NCBI GenBank assembly: GCA_964016885.1
Contig: OZ024755.1
Location: 38,998,001-39,062,000, forward strand
Reading direction: 5' to 3'
Source of the DNA: Eledone cirrhosa
Taxonomy: Eukaryota
Length of the DNA: 64,000 nt
The translations under genes were made by a program, and so were the position numbers. Positions 25,137 to 37,248 of the stretch are shown piece by piece. How positions within the stretch are numbered: position 1 is the first letter of the stretch; every line of letters begins with the position of its first letter. The notes beneath the pieces were generated by a model. The model made no database searches, was not told the origin of the DNA, and was given only the letters and a program-made list of their open reading frames with translations.

Positions 25137-25787
25137 CACATTTAGTGAGTAATCATGGATAGTTAAATCTCATTTGCCGATGAGCCAAGATTTGACATTT
25201 ATGATTCACTGATTAATGGTAAAATACATTTCTTCAATGGACTATATACAAAGGAGATTAATCATTATTGCAACTATGTGTTTACACGCTTTACAAATTA
25301 TCCCCTGTAAACACATCAAAATGTGGTTATTTTATATATATATGTCATTCAACTTTTAATTTTTATTTTATATATATATACGTTATATATATATATATAT
25401 ATACGTTCGTACACACATACACAAACACACACACGGTTTAGACATAGCAATGGAGACATCTAGCGTTCTGTGTCTGTGAACCACCACCCTACTCACTATT
25501 ATCGAGACGGAGTTGGTCACCCGCAGAAATTGAACCTTGCGAATTGGATTAACTATTTGAACGTATCTCTCGCGCCATAATCTGAAGTGGCACGCCGCTA
25601 TTCTATCTACTGGGGCCATGGGACGACATACACACGGGGTTCTGCCGGTGAGGCTGAGCAGAGGAACATGGAGGAAGGAGGGATGTCAGTCATTCATCGA
25701 CTGGTTCATCCTATTACCGTTGGTCACTACATATATATATATTCACCACTACGATAAATTTTCCATCTGAAGTATTCATATAAACAA

Positions 25788-26270
25788 CAACTTGAGCCAG
25801 ATACTGTAATACTGTTCAAGAATATCTATGTATAGAAAGTGGTTCACTGCAACTTGAGCCAGATACTGTAATACTGTTCAAGAATATCTATGTATAGAAA
25901 GTGGTTCACTGCAACTTGAGCCAGATACTGTAACACTGCTCAAATGTGGATCACTGCAACTTGAAGAGATACTGTAATACTGTTCAAGAATATCTATGTA
26001 TAGAAAGTGGTTCACTGCAACTTGAGCCAGATACTGTAACACTGCTCAAATGTGGATCACTGCAACTTGAGCCAGATACTGTAATACTGTTCAAGAATAT
26101 CTATGTATAGAAAGTGGTTCACTGCAACTTGAGCCAGATACTGTAACACTGCTCAAATGTGGATCACTGCAACTTGAAGAGATACTGTAATACTGTTCAA
26201 GAATATCTATGTATAGAAAGTGGTTCACTGCAACTTGAACCAGATACTGTAACACTGCTCAAATATATCT
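25788..26270. repeat. Tandem repeat of 62-bp and 45-bp related units
   Basis: CAACTTGA recurs at 25788, 25850, 25912, 25957...; long and short units alternate. Confidence 0.9.
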
Positions 26271-26389
26271 ATGTATACAAAGGGGTTCACTTAAGGACGA
26301 TGATATATGTATTGTCGTTCATCATATATAATTATCTTTTATATTGATTGATTCATATTATGGTTAATCGGATAAAGATGACATTTAAA

Positions 26390-26428
<39 letters not shown>

Positions 26429-26458
26429 AATGTAAGCTGAGTTTTTCGAATATTAATA

Positions 26459-26638
26459 ATTGTTTCTACTTTAGGCACAAGGCCAGCAATTATCCAGTAC
26501 ATTACTGGTACTTTATTTTATCGACCCCGTAAGGATGAAAGGCAAAGTCAACCTCGGCGGGATTTGAACTCAGATCGTAAAGGGACGTAACTATGCTGGA
26601 AAGCATGGCGTCCGACCCTCTACCGATACTGCCAATCC
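26459..26638 (-). mobile_element. SINE family A with TSD AATATTAATAAT
   Basis: The empty-site version of the flanks is present at ~45277-45370. Confidence 0.9.
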
Positions 26639-26729
26639 AATATTAATAATAATATTCGATTCGTTTCCAATTATGCAAGCACGCATTTTTAAAGCCATGT
26701 CAGTAGAATGAGGCCCTCATTCTTGCTTA

Positions 26730-27135
26730 ACGACGCTCTGAATCAGCAGCCATTTTTATCCGACGTTCTAACGACGCTAACAATCCGCAGCCATTTTTAT
26801 CCGACGTTCTAACGACGCTACCAATCCGCAACCATTTTTATCTGACGTTTTAACGACGCTACCAATCCGCAACCATTTTTATCTGACGTTCTAACGACGC
26901 TACCTATCAGCAGCCATTTTTATCCGACGTTCTAACGACGCTACCTATCAGCAGCCATTTTCATCCGACGTTCTAACGACGCTACCTATCAGCAGCCATT
27001 TTTATCCGACGTTCTAACGACGTTACCAATCCGCATTAATTTTTATCTGACGTTCTAACGACGATACCAATCAGCCTCCATTTCTATCTGACGTTCTAAC
27101 GACGTTACCAGTTCGCAGTCATTTTTTATTTGATG
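26730..27135. repeat. 41-bp tandem repeat (~9 copies) derived from a SINE 5' end
   Basis: Unit CCGACGTTCTAACGACGCTACCAATCCGCAGCCATTTTTAT resembles the reverse-complement SINE head CCGACCCTCTACCGATACTGCCAATCC. Confidence 0.85.
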
Positions 27136-27831
27136 TAATATAATTGTTTCTGCTTTAGACACAAGGACAACAATTTTTTTTTCCAGGAAATACATTACTG
27201 GTACTTTATTTTATCGACCCACTAAGGATGAAGGACAAAGCTAACATCGGCGGGATTTGAACTCAGAGCATAAAGGGCCGTAACTATGCCGCAAAGCATA
27301 TTACCTGACGCTCTACCGACGCTGCCAATCCACTGGCATTTTTATTCGACGTAATATAATGAATACTGTTGATTTCATTGTGAAAATAATTGATCCACTT
27401 TAAACACATCTGCACTAGCTAATCAAAACAAGCGTTACCCGTCGAAATAATCTACTCAACACAAATAGAGGGTTATTTAAAAGACCCACCTAAGATGATA
27501 TTATTATCGGAAAGTAATATTATTCTTGAGATCTTGATTAAAACTGAAGATGAAGGACACTTAACCAAAAACAAACAGACGCCATCTTGGTAATGTTCAT
27601 TTTCCCTGGCGTCCCATTACGTTGTTGTTTTTGTTTGTTTGTTCCATGAAAGCAAGCTTAGAAAATGTCAGTGATTTTCGCCGAGTAATTTAAAGCTTTC
27701 ATATGATATGAATGTTGCTTAATTGAATGTCACTAAACCTTCCATCACCCACCCTCATAGATTCTCACAGCCAAATTCTTCTCTATTCATTTTATTCACT
27801 CATTTATTTATTGCAGTTATTGCTCTTACTA

Positions 27832-27834
<3 letters not shown>

Positions 27835-27890
<56 letters not shown>

Positions 27891-28038
27891 CTATCTCTCT
27901 TTCTCTCTCTATCTATCTGTCTATCTATCTGTCTATCTCTCTCTCATATATATATAATATATATATATATATACTATATATATATATATATATAGATATA
28001 TATATACTATCTCTTTCTCTCTCTATCTATCTACTATA

Positions 28039-28075
<37 letters not shown>

Positions 28076-28450
28076 CTATCTCCCTTTCTCTATCTATCTA
28101 CTATCTCTGTTTCTCTCTCTCTCTATATATATATATATATTTATATCTATCTACTATCTCTCTTTCTCTCTCTATATATATATATTTATATCTATCTACT
28201 ATCTCTCTTTCTCTCTCTCTCTATATATATTTATATCTATCTACTATCTCTCTTTCTCTCTCTCTATATATATATTTATATCTATCTACTATCTCTCTTT
28301 CTCTCTCTCTCTATATATATATCTATTTATATCTATCTACTATCTCTCTTTCTCTCTCTATATATATATATATTTATATCTATCTACTATCTCTGTTTCT
28401 CTCTCTCTCTCTCTATATATATATATTTATATCTATCTACTATCTCTGTT

Positions 28451-28481
<31 letters not shown>

Positions 28482-28505
28482 TTATATCTATCTACTATCT
28501 CTGTT

Positions 28506-28536
<31 letters not shown>

Positions 28537-28609
28537 TTATATCTATCTACTATCTCTCTTTCTCTCTCTCTATATATATATATATTTATATCTATCTACT
28601 ATCTCTTTT

Positions 28610-28641
<32 letters not shown>

Positions 28642-28660
28642 TATATCTATCTAACTACCT
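27835..28660. repeat. Compound (CT)n/(TA)n minisatellite
   Basis: Repeating TTTATATCTATCTACTATCTCTCTTT(CT)n(AT)n units. Confidence 0.9.
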
Positions 28661-29044
28661 TTCTATCACTCTCCCTCTCCATCTCTCCCCAACTCTCTAT
28701 CTATCCATCAAGCTATCTATTGCCCCCTCTCTTTATCTATCTATCTATCTATCCATCTCACTCTCTATCCCCCTCTCTCTGTTTATCTGATTGTCACTGA
28801 TCTGCTTCTCAACCACGCTATTTCTGTCTTTGCCTCGGTTTACTGAAAAACTTGTTTATTCGAATTAAATATGTATGTATATATATGTATGTATGTATAT
28901 AGATATGTATATGTATGTATGGATGGATGGATGTATATGTATGAAGGTATGTCCGTACGTACATATGCATGTATATATATATTTATGTAGATATATATGT
29001 ATCTATATGCATGTATTTACGTATGTATGTATGTATGTATGCAT

Positions 29045-29330
29045 CTTGGTTAAGAGAGTGGGACTGGCTTTGTGCAGTGCCTTTGCTCACTATAAAAGCT
29101 TCACGGCACAGGCATTGCTTTATATCTGGAGATCTCTCTGCACTTGTCGTCACATGGTACCATGGGCCCAGCACTATGTGTCAATAATTGTCACAAGTGT
29201 AGTGTTTGTACCAGAGTTTTCAAGTCGCTGGCTGGACTAAAAAGTCACACTCGTTCAGCGCATCGGTAGGGGTTCTCCTACATGGATATAAAGTAGTGGC
29301 CGTACTCGAAAACGAGTTGGCAGCCACCAT
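29045..29330 (+). mobile_element. Short RTE-derived non-autonomous element (diverged)
   Basis: GAGAGTGGGACTGGCTTTGTGCA (RTE 5' UTR motif, cf. 33474) plus end motif TGGCCGTACTCGAAAACGAGTTGGCAGCCACCAT. Confidence 0.5.
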
Positions 29331-29788
29331 GTATGCATGTATGTATAAGTTTGTATGTATGTATTTAAGTATATATATATATGTATTTATATATGGATGG
29401 ATAGGGGTGTGTGTATATATAATTATGTACGTATAGATCTGTGTATATGTGTGTGTATTTGCGTGTATATATGCATACAAATAAAACTATTGATTGCCCT
29501 ACCCCGTAAACAAAAGCCAGATATAAATCAAACGCCTACAATTTACCTCAGACATATTTCTTATTAAACCAAGTACAGTTTCTATGTACGTAGATATGTA
29601 TGTAGGATCACTCTTGAGTGCTACTGGTATCATGTAACCCAGTGCAACCTGTCTCATGGTGAGGAGAGGGATTTTGGACACCCTGCAGGACAAAAAACAA
29701 AACCTGACAAAGGGCGGAAGAACTCATAAGAGTCAACGGCCATCCAAAAATGTGTAAATATGTATATACATGTATACAAGTGTATATA

Positions 29789-29840
<52 letters not shown>

Positions 29841-29876
29841 TATATACACTTGTATACATGTATATACATATTTACA

Positions 29877-30723
29877 CATCCAGGGGTCTGGGTAAATTTT
29901 TCAATCACATTTTTTTATTTGTTTGAGCCGAATTACTTGGTCGTTTCTATGGCTGTGCGGATAATGGTTTAACCATCGTCTCAGTGTGTTTGGACGTTTA
30001 ACGTATGTTGTAGCTCTGGTTCGTTAGAATTATTGAGCGCTTGCCACACATCTCGGAAGTTGTTTTTCGCTAATTTCCAATAGCCGAAATACGATTCTCG
30101 CTAATTTATATTTGTATTAATCTCCAGAGTTTAGCTATTGACTAGTTAATTTTCTTGATTTTTTTAGTTGATTCTATTGACTGATGAATAGCTTTTGTTA
30201 ACTTTAAAATCATTCTGTTGAGAACTTAATTCGTTTTGTGATATTTTGCAATTTTGCAATAATATACACATACTGAATTCATCCGCCAAAAATAAGGGTT
30301 GCCTCCCTTGTCGAGCCCCACGTGGGTATTGGTAACGGTCAACCCTTGGCCTGGCACTTGAACTAAAAGCCTGTTGAGAAAGTGACTTCCTTGTTCAATC
30401 ATCTTACCAGAAGCCTAACATTATTTGTCTAAGCGGACAGTACTTGATTTAGGAGTCGCAGAAACCCAAATGGTGAATTTTCACCAACCATCCAGGGCCC
30501 CGGGTAAATTTTTCAATCACATATTTTTATTTGTTTGACTCTAATTACTTGGTCGTTTCTATGGCTGTGCGGATAATGGTTTAACCATCGTCTCAGTGTG
30601 TTTGGCCGTTTAACGTATGTTGTAGCTCTGGTTCATTAGAATTATTGAGCGCTTGCCACACATCTCGGAAGTTGTTTTTCGCTAATTTCCAAAGCCGAAA
30701 TACGATTCTCGCTAATTTATATT

Positions 30724-30727
<4 letters not shown>
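29877..30727. repeat. Pair of ~240-bp direct repeats (29877-30117 and 30489-30727)
   Basis: CATCCAGGG...GCTAATTTATATTTGTAT duplicated with some substitutions; second copy ends in (TA)n; possibly tandem pLTRs. Confidence 0.8.
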
Positions 30728-30790
<63 letters not shown>

Positions 30791-30814
30791 ACATGTGTAT
30801 ATGTGTATATGTAT

Positions 30815-31155
30815 ATGCGCGGGGATAGAAATAATCGGGCTGGACACCCAATCGCGCGGTTAAACCACTGGGAGTGAAGGACCCCTAGCCTTTGTCAGGA
30901 CATTCTTCTAAGAAACTGAGATAACACCGACATAAAACCTGGGGCTCAGTAGTTACCGATGATGTTGATCTTTTCTTCTTTTCGGGTTATAGCTACTGTC
31001 GCACAGAGAGTGGGATTGGCTCAGTGCACAGTCTTTCCTCACATTATAAAAAGTCGTCACGCACAAGCATTGGACAATAGAATTAATTAATAATTATTAA
31101 TAGTGGTATATCGTACAATGGCCATACTCGATAAGGAGGGGGCATCCATTATGTA
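30815..31155 (+). mobile_element. Bipartite RTE-derived non-autonomous element (5' UTR + 3' tail)
   Basis: 30815-31100 is highly similar to 33270-33575 upstream of the RTE ORF, then joins ATGGCCATACTCGATAAGGAGGGGGCATCCATT(ATGT)n. Confidence 0.7.
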
Positions 31156-32247
31156 TGTATGTACTTCTGATTTTATAATTTCACAAATTTCTGCCAATAG
31201 AGAGAGTCGGTTTCTAACAGATACAAGACTCTCTCATTTGAATTTACACAGCATCAACTAGTTAAATATGTCTGGATGCATGTATGTGCAGGTATGGATG
31301 CTGTTGACTGTGTATATTTTGAGTTGTATGTGTGCATGTGTATGTGCTTTCTATCTGTACATGTGTATATGCAGTTATTAAATGCAGAATACTTGGAAAG
31401 TTTTACATATTTTTACTGTTCCATTAATGGATTGTACTAAGGCAGTTACTAACATATCTCAGAGCCCCAATAATTACATGTATAAATCTGAAGGTTTAGT
31501 CAGGAATGGTGAAATATGATTCCAGAATTTAAAATTATTTAGCTATATTATGAGTTATAATATTGTATATATAATCAATTAGATTATGTGAAGAATTATG
31601 GTTGCTACAAAAATTAATTACTCTGTGTTGAATGTGTGTGTCCACATATATATATGTATGTATATGTGTGTATATACATCACTCAGTAAAACAACCAGAT
31701 TTCCACCCCAACATCTACAACAACATCGGCACTAATGTTTACAGCAACAACAGCTTCAGAATGAAATGAAATGAACATTTACAACAACGGCATCAAACGA
31801 TGAAAAAAAAAATATATATATATAAAAACACACACACACACACAACACACAACAACAACAACAACTGCCACCACCATCCACCGCCGCCATCACAATCACC
31901 AGCGATCGGGCCTTAAGAAAACAACAACTTTAATAATAATAATTTTTCTGCTTTTGGTACGGAGCCAGCGATTGTTCCAGCTCATTACTGGTACTCTCTT
32001 TTGTTGACTCCGTGGGGAAGAAAGGCAAGGTTGACCTCGGCGGGATTTGAGCTCGGAGCGTGGAGGGCCATAGCTCTATGCTGTAAAGCAATTATAATAA
32101 TACTGAACGGTAACACGAACGGCTTCAACTATACGAACTCTTGAAAGTCAACAGTTGACATAATCTTTTAATCTTGTATCAGTAAAGACGGTAATATATA
32201 TATATATATATAATATAAGATCAAAAGATGGTTAAAAGAGTTCCAAG

Positions 32248-32318
32248 TATTTTATTATACGCATTTCAAAAACAAATATCATCATGGGATGATCTCTGCG
32301 TTTTCATCAGATAAAATA
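32248..32318 (-). ncRNA. Type I hammerhead ribozyme (left arm of the 32211-32550 palindrome)
   Basis: Minus strand: TATTTTAT CTGATGA [stem II] GAAA TGCGTAT A ATAAAATA. Confidence 0.8.
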
Positions 32319-32443
32319 GGGATACATGATATGAAGCTTAAAAATACTTGTGAATAGTGAAGTTTTAAATCAACATATCAACATATGTTGATTTAAAACT
32401 TCACTATTCACAAGTGTTTTTTAAGCTTCATATCATGTATCCC

Positions 32444-32511
32444 TATTTTATCTGATGAGAACGCAGATATCCCATGATGATATTTGTTTTTGAAATGCGT
32501 ATAATAAAATA
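32444..32511 (+). ncRNA. Type I hammerhead ribozyme
   Basis: Stem I TATTTTAT/ATAAAATA; CTGATGA 32452-32458; stem II GAACGCAGATATC...GATATTTGTTTTT; GAAA 32492-32495; near-palindromic stem III ATGCGTAT; cleavage triplet AUA. Confidence 0.82.
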
Positions 32512-32632
32512 CTTGGAACTCTTTTAACCATCTTTTGATCTTATATTATTTATACTCCAGTCCTACAAACTGTAGAGTGCAACTTATCCGATATTTGCAT
32601 TGCTTTATTGTGCTACAATAAAACTCACCTCC

Positions 32633-32667
<35 letters not shown>

Positions 32668-32794
32668 AAAGTTATATTTAAATTGTTGGGTTACAACTAG
32701 TAAATATTTATAACTGATATAAAAGCACTCGACAAATATTTGGAGTATATTTACAATATTAAATAAATGGAAACTATATTTATAAAACCATATT

Positions 32795-32860
32795 TATTTC
32801 ATTATATATATTTCAGGGATATCATATTAACAATATGCTATGCCTTCCTCAGACAAAATA
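32795..32860 (-). ncRNA. Type I hammerhead ribozyme (CTGAGGA core)
   Basis: Minus strand: TATTTTGT CTGAGGA AGGCATAGCATATT...AATATGATATCCCT GAAA TATATAT A ATGAAATA. Confidence 0.7.
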
Positions 32861-33001
32861 CAATATAAACAGTTTTATAGATAAATAGATTCGACATACC
32901 GTAACATCTACTTGCATTTGAGAAGGTTGAAGGTTGATTCTCAAATGCAAGTAGATGTTACGGTATGTCGAATCTATTTATCTATAAAACTGTTTATATT
33001 G

Positions 33002-33067
33002 TATTTTGTCTGAAGAAGGCATAGCATATTGTTAATATGATATCCCTGAAATATATATAATGAAATA
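33002..33067 (+). ncRNA. Type I hammerhead ribozyme (CTGAAGA core)
   Basis: Inverted partner of 32795-32860 within palindrome ~32755-33105; stem III ATATATAT. Confidence 0.7.
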
Positions 33068-33104
33068 AATATGGTTTTATAAATATAGTTTCCATTTATT
33101 TAAT

Positions 33105-33146
<42 letters not shown>

Positions 33147-33269
33147 AGTAGCGTGTGTTTGTTTGTATGCATGAGTGTTGGTGTGCGCGAGCGTATGTAT
33201 GTGTGTGCGTGTGTGTATGTCGTACGTATGAGTGTCAATAAGTGAGTTTTTTTTTTTTTTCTTTATGCG

Positions 33270-36200
33270 CGTGGACATAGAAATAGTCAGGCTGGATACC
33301 AGATCGCGCAGTTAAACCACTGGGAGAGAAGAACCCCTAGCCCTTGTCAGGGCATTCTTCTAGGAGAAGGTAGCTCAGGAAACTGGGATAACTCCGACAT
33401 AAAAATCTGCGGCTCAGTAGTTACCGATGATGTTGATCTTTTCTTCTTTTCGGGTTATAGCTACTGTCGCTCAGAGAGTGGGATTGGCTCAGTGCACAGA
33501 CTTTCCTCACTTTAAAAAATATTCTTCACGCACGGCATTGAACGATTGCATTAATTAATAATGATTAATAGTGTATTAATATTATTATTGTTACTAATAT
33601 TATTACTTTTTTTTTTTTTCCAATTCAATGATGTTCCAAAACAATATAAAAGAGATAATTGGTAATAGGGGTTCTGGAACAAAAGAGATAATTGGTAATA
33701 AGGGCAGGGGCCCCAGGTTATCAAGCCTGGGCCCGCTCGTCACCGTACCACTGTAATAGAGCCAAACAAGGCATTTAGTCTTGGCTGCTGGAACGTACGG
33801 ACGCTGCTTGACAGGGATACCTCGGAACGTCCTGAACAAAGGACCGCTCTTGTTGCAAAGGAGCTTCGACGTTACGATCTTGACATCGTAGCTTTATCTG
33901 AGACGAGGTTAGCTGGAGATGGTCATCTTACAGAATGTTGTGGTGAATATACATTCTTCTGGAAAGGAAGAGATGAAGGAACCAGAAGAGAGGCTGGGGT
34001 AGCACTTGCTGTTAAGACTGTTCTTGTGAATAAATTAGAAGAATTCCCAGTTGTGATTAGTGAGCGTCTTATGTCCACGAGAATTCCGCTGGATAAAGGA
34101 AGATATGCGACCCTGGTGTGTGTGTATGCTCCAGCTATGAATTCTGTTGAAGAAAAAGTGTCCTTTTACCATGCCTTGAAAGGTGTTTTAAGAAATATCC
34201 CTCAGGCAGTCAAAGTCATCGTACTTGGTGACTTTAATGCTAGAGTGGGTAGGAACTACATGGATGCATCTTGCATCTAAGGAATGGCATCCTTTGGACT
34301 ACGTCCTAGTTAGGATGCGTAACAGACGGGATGTGCAGTGTGTTCGTGCTATTTGTGGAGCCGAGTGCTGGACGGACCACCGCCTGGTACGCGCAAAAGT
34401 GTAACTAATCACTAAACGTAAAATCCGGGCTCCTGGTGTTGCCCTGCCCAAAAGATTGAATGCTGCTCGTCTTAGGGATAAAAATGTGAACAGGACATTG
34501 CGAGAAGAGATGCAGATCTTGGTGAGGATTGGCCGACCCTTAAAATGTCGGTTTATGATGTAGGCAGGCGTGTTCTGGGATTGGTGCAGAGAAAACATCA
34601 AGACTGGTTTAATGAGAATGATGAACATATAGAAGACTTGTTAGCTGTTAAGAGGCGTGCTCTGTCACGCTACTTGACGGCAAAACCACAGGAGAAGAAT
34701 ATGTTGCATAAGGAACTCAAGGATGTGAAATCACGTGTTAGGCGGAGTCTTTCTCAGATGAAGGATCAGTGAGAAGGCTGCGTCAGATTCCAATAAACAA
34801 AGCTGTTGTACAGTCTCTTGCGTCAGTTTATGGACCGTCTTCTTCTCTGGTGACACAGCTTGGCAGCAAGAATGGCAAGGAACTTCTTCGTGACTCACAA
34901 GGAATTCTACCAAGGTGGCGAGAGCACTTTCATGAGCTCTTGAATCAGCCGTCTGTCGTCAATGAAGATTTCCTCAATCTCATTCCAGAAAGTCCTGTGA
35001 AAGTAGCTCTCGCAGAACCTTGTTTGGCAGGATATGGGCTAATGATTCCGTACCTGAGGACTGGAAAGATGCAGTAATGGTAGTATTGTACAAGGGAAAG
35101 GGTAACAGGAATGATTGTGGGAACTACAGAGGTATATCATTGCTTTCTGTCGTAGGGAAAGTTTTATGTAGGGTGCTTCTGGACCGTCTGCTGACACATT
35201 GCAGATTGTGTTCTTCCTGAAAGTCAATCTGGTTTTCGTGCTGGACGCGGCACTACTGATATGATCTTCTCAGCAAGACAGCTCCAGGAGAAGTGCATGG
35301 AACAATATTTGGATCTGTATCAGGTTTTTGTCGATCTGACAAAAGCTTTCGATACTGTTAACAGAAATGCATTATGGAAGGGTCTCCAGAAACTTGGTTG
35401 CCCTGATAAGTTCCTTGCTTTAGTTAGGTCTTTCCATGACGGTATGAAGGCTTGGGTTAATGTCGGAGGTAACATGTCGGAGCCTATCTCAGTAAAAAAT
35501 GGAGTGAAAAATGGGGATATTCCACCACCGACCCTGTTTGCCATATACTTTGCAATGGCTTTCTATATTGCATTCAGGAATTGCGAGCATGGTGTTTACA
35601 TCCGATATCGAACCTCAGGCAGCATATTTAACATCAGGCGCTTTGCTACAAAAACAAAAGTATTTACATCAATCATAAGAGACCTCTTGTATGAAGATCA
35701 TTGCGATCTTGTAGCGCACACAGAGAGTGATATGCAGCACATTTTGAATGCATTTTCTGATGCTTGCACGGCCCTAGGATTGACTGTCAGTCTCAAGAAA
35801 ACCGTCATCATATACCAACCTGCCCCTGGTAAACAGTACAGTGAACCAAATATCTATGTGCATGGTAAACGACTTGGAGTGGTTGATCAGTTTGTCTACC
35901 TGGGAAGCACTGTCGATACAGCAACCTTGATAGTGAAATCTCACTTAGGATTAGGAAAGCAAGTGATGCTTTTGGAAAGCTAGAAAGGCGACTCTGGGGT
36001 CGGCGAGACATATGCAGGAGAACAAAGGTAAATGTGTACAGGGCATGTGTGCTCTCTTCTCTTCTTTATGCCTGCGAGACCTGGGTCACATATCGACACC
36101 TCCTTAAGCAATTGGAGCGTTTCCATCAGATGTGTCTCAGACGGATCCATGGCGTTCACTGGAGGGACCACATCAGTGATGTTGAGATTTTGGAAAGCTC

Positions 36201-36828
36201 TCTGTGTGACAATATAGAAGCTCTTGTGCTTAAGCAACGACTCCGTTGGCGTGGATGGAGGATTTTAGAATACCAAAACAACTCTTTTATGGAGAGTTGG
36301 TTAAAGGAAAACGACCGCCATATAAACCAAAAAAGAGGTATAAGGATTCCTTGAAAGACGCTAACATCTCTACTGATACATGGGAAAATGTTGCTGCTGA
36401 TCGTAATAAATGGAGAAAGACTGTATATGAGGGGAAAGTTGCCTTTGAGGCATCTCGAATCGCATACGAGAAAGTAAAGCGTGATGTGAAGAAGGGCATT
36501 GCTGTTGCATTTCCAGACAGCATGGCGCTGACATGCAGCGTCTGTGCGAGACTCTGCCAAAGCAAAGCTGGACTCGAAAGTCATCTTGGCAGTCATAAAG
36601 TAAGACCATTGGTTGACTACCAGGTGCTGTTGGAGATGCTACTCATCATGCCTGCCAAGCATGTGGTAGAGAATGTAAATCAGCAGGAGGGCTCAAACGA
36701 CATGCAAAAGTACATGAACTCCAACCACATCCGGCTATTCTCAGTTGCCAATACTGTGCAAGACATTTTAGATAATTGGCTGGGCTAAAAAGCCACATTC
36801 GATCGCAGCGCTGTTAATTGGTATCGTG
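33270..36828 (+). mobile_element. RTE (BovB-like) LINE, near full length, decayed
   Basis: 5' UTR 33270-33580 and a single APE-RT ORF with frameshifts and deletions. Confidence 0.92.
33770..36817 (+). pseudogene. RTE ORF: APE endonuclease + RT + three C-terminal C2H2 zinc fingers
   Basis: GCWNVRTLLD...RTALVAKELRRYDLDIVALSETR; VYAP; LGDFNARVG; NYRGISLLS; IFSARQLQEKC...FVDLTKAFDTV; LLYEDHCDL (decayed YADD); CSVC..H...H, CQAC..H...H, CQYC..H. Confidence 0.92.
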
Positions 36829-36913
36829 TGTGTATATATGTTTATATGTGAGCGCGTGTGTATATATATATATATATGAGAAGAAATTAAAAGATGGTTA
36901 AAAAAGTTCCATG

Positions 36914-36984
36914 TATTTTATTATGCGCATTTCAAAAACAAATATCATCCAGGGACGATATTTGCGTTCTCATCCGATAAAATA
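36914..36984 (-). ncRNA. Hammerhead motif with a mutated core (CGGATGA)
   Basis: Same family as 32248-32318; perfect palindromic stem III ATGCGCAT; truncated relative near 54113-54150. Confidence 0.6.
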
Positions 36985-37182
36985 GAGAGACATGATATGA
37001 AGCTTAAAAAAGACACTTGTGAGCAAGGTAGTGTCTAAACACACACATATATATATATATATATATAAAGTAGTGTCTAAACAACACACACACATATATA
37101 TATATATATATAAATATATATATAAATATATATATATATATAATATATTAACAAATGGAAACTATATTTATAAAACCATATT

Positions 37183-37248
37183 TATTTCATTATACATATT
37201 TCAAGGGCCACCAGAGCAAACTATGGTGCGCTTTCATCAGATAAAATA
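37183..37248 (-). ncRNA. Type I hammerhead ribozyme
   Basis: Reverse complement of 39501-39566. Confidence 0.8.
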
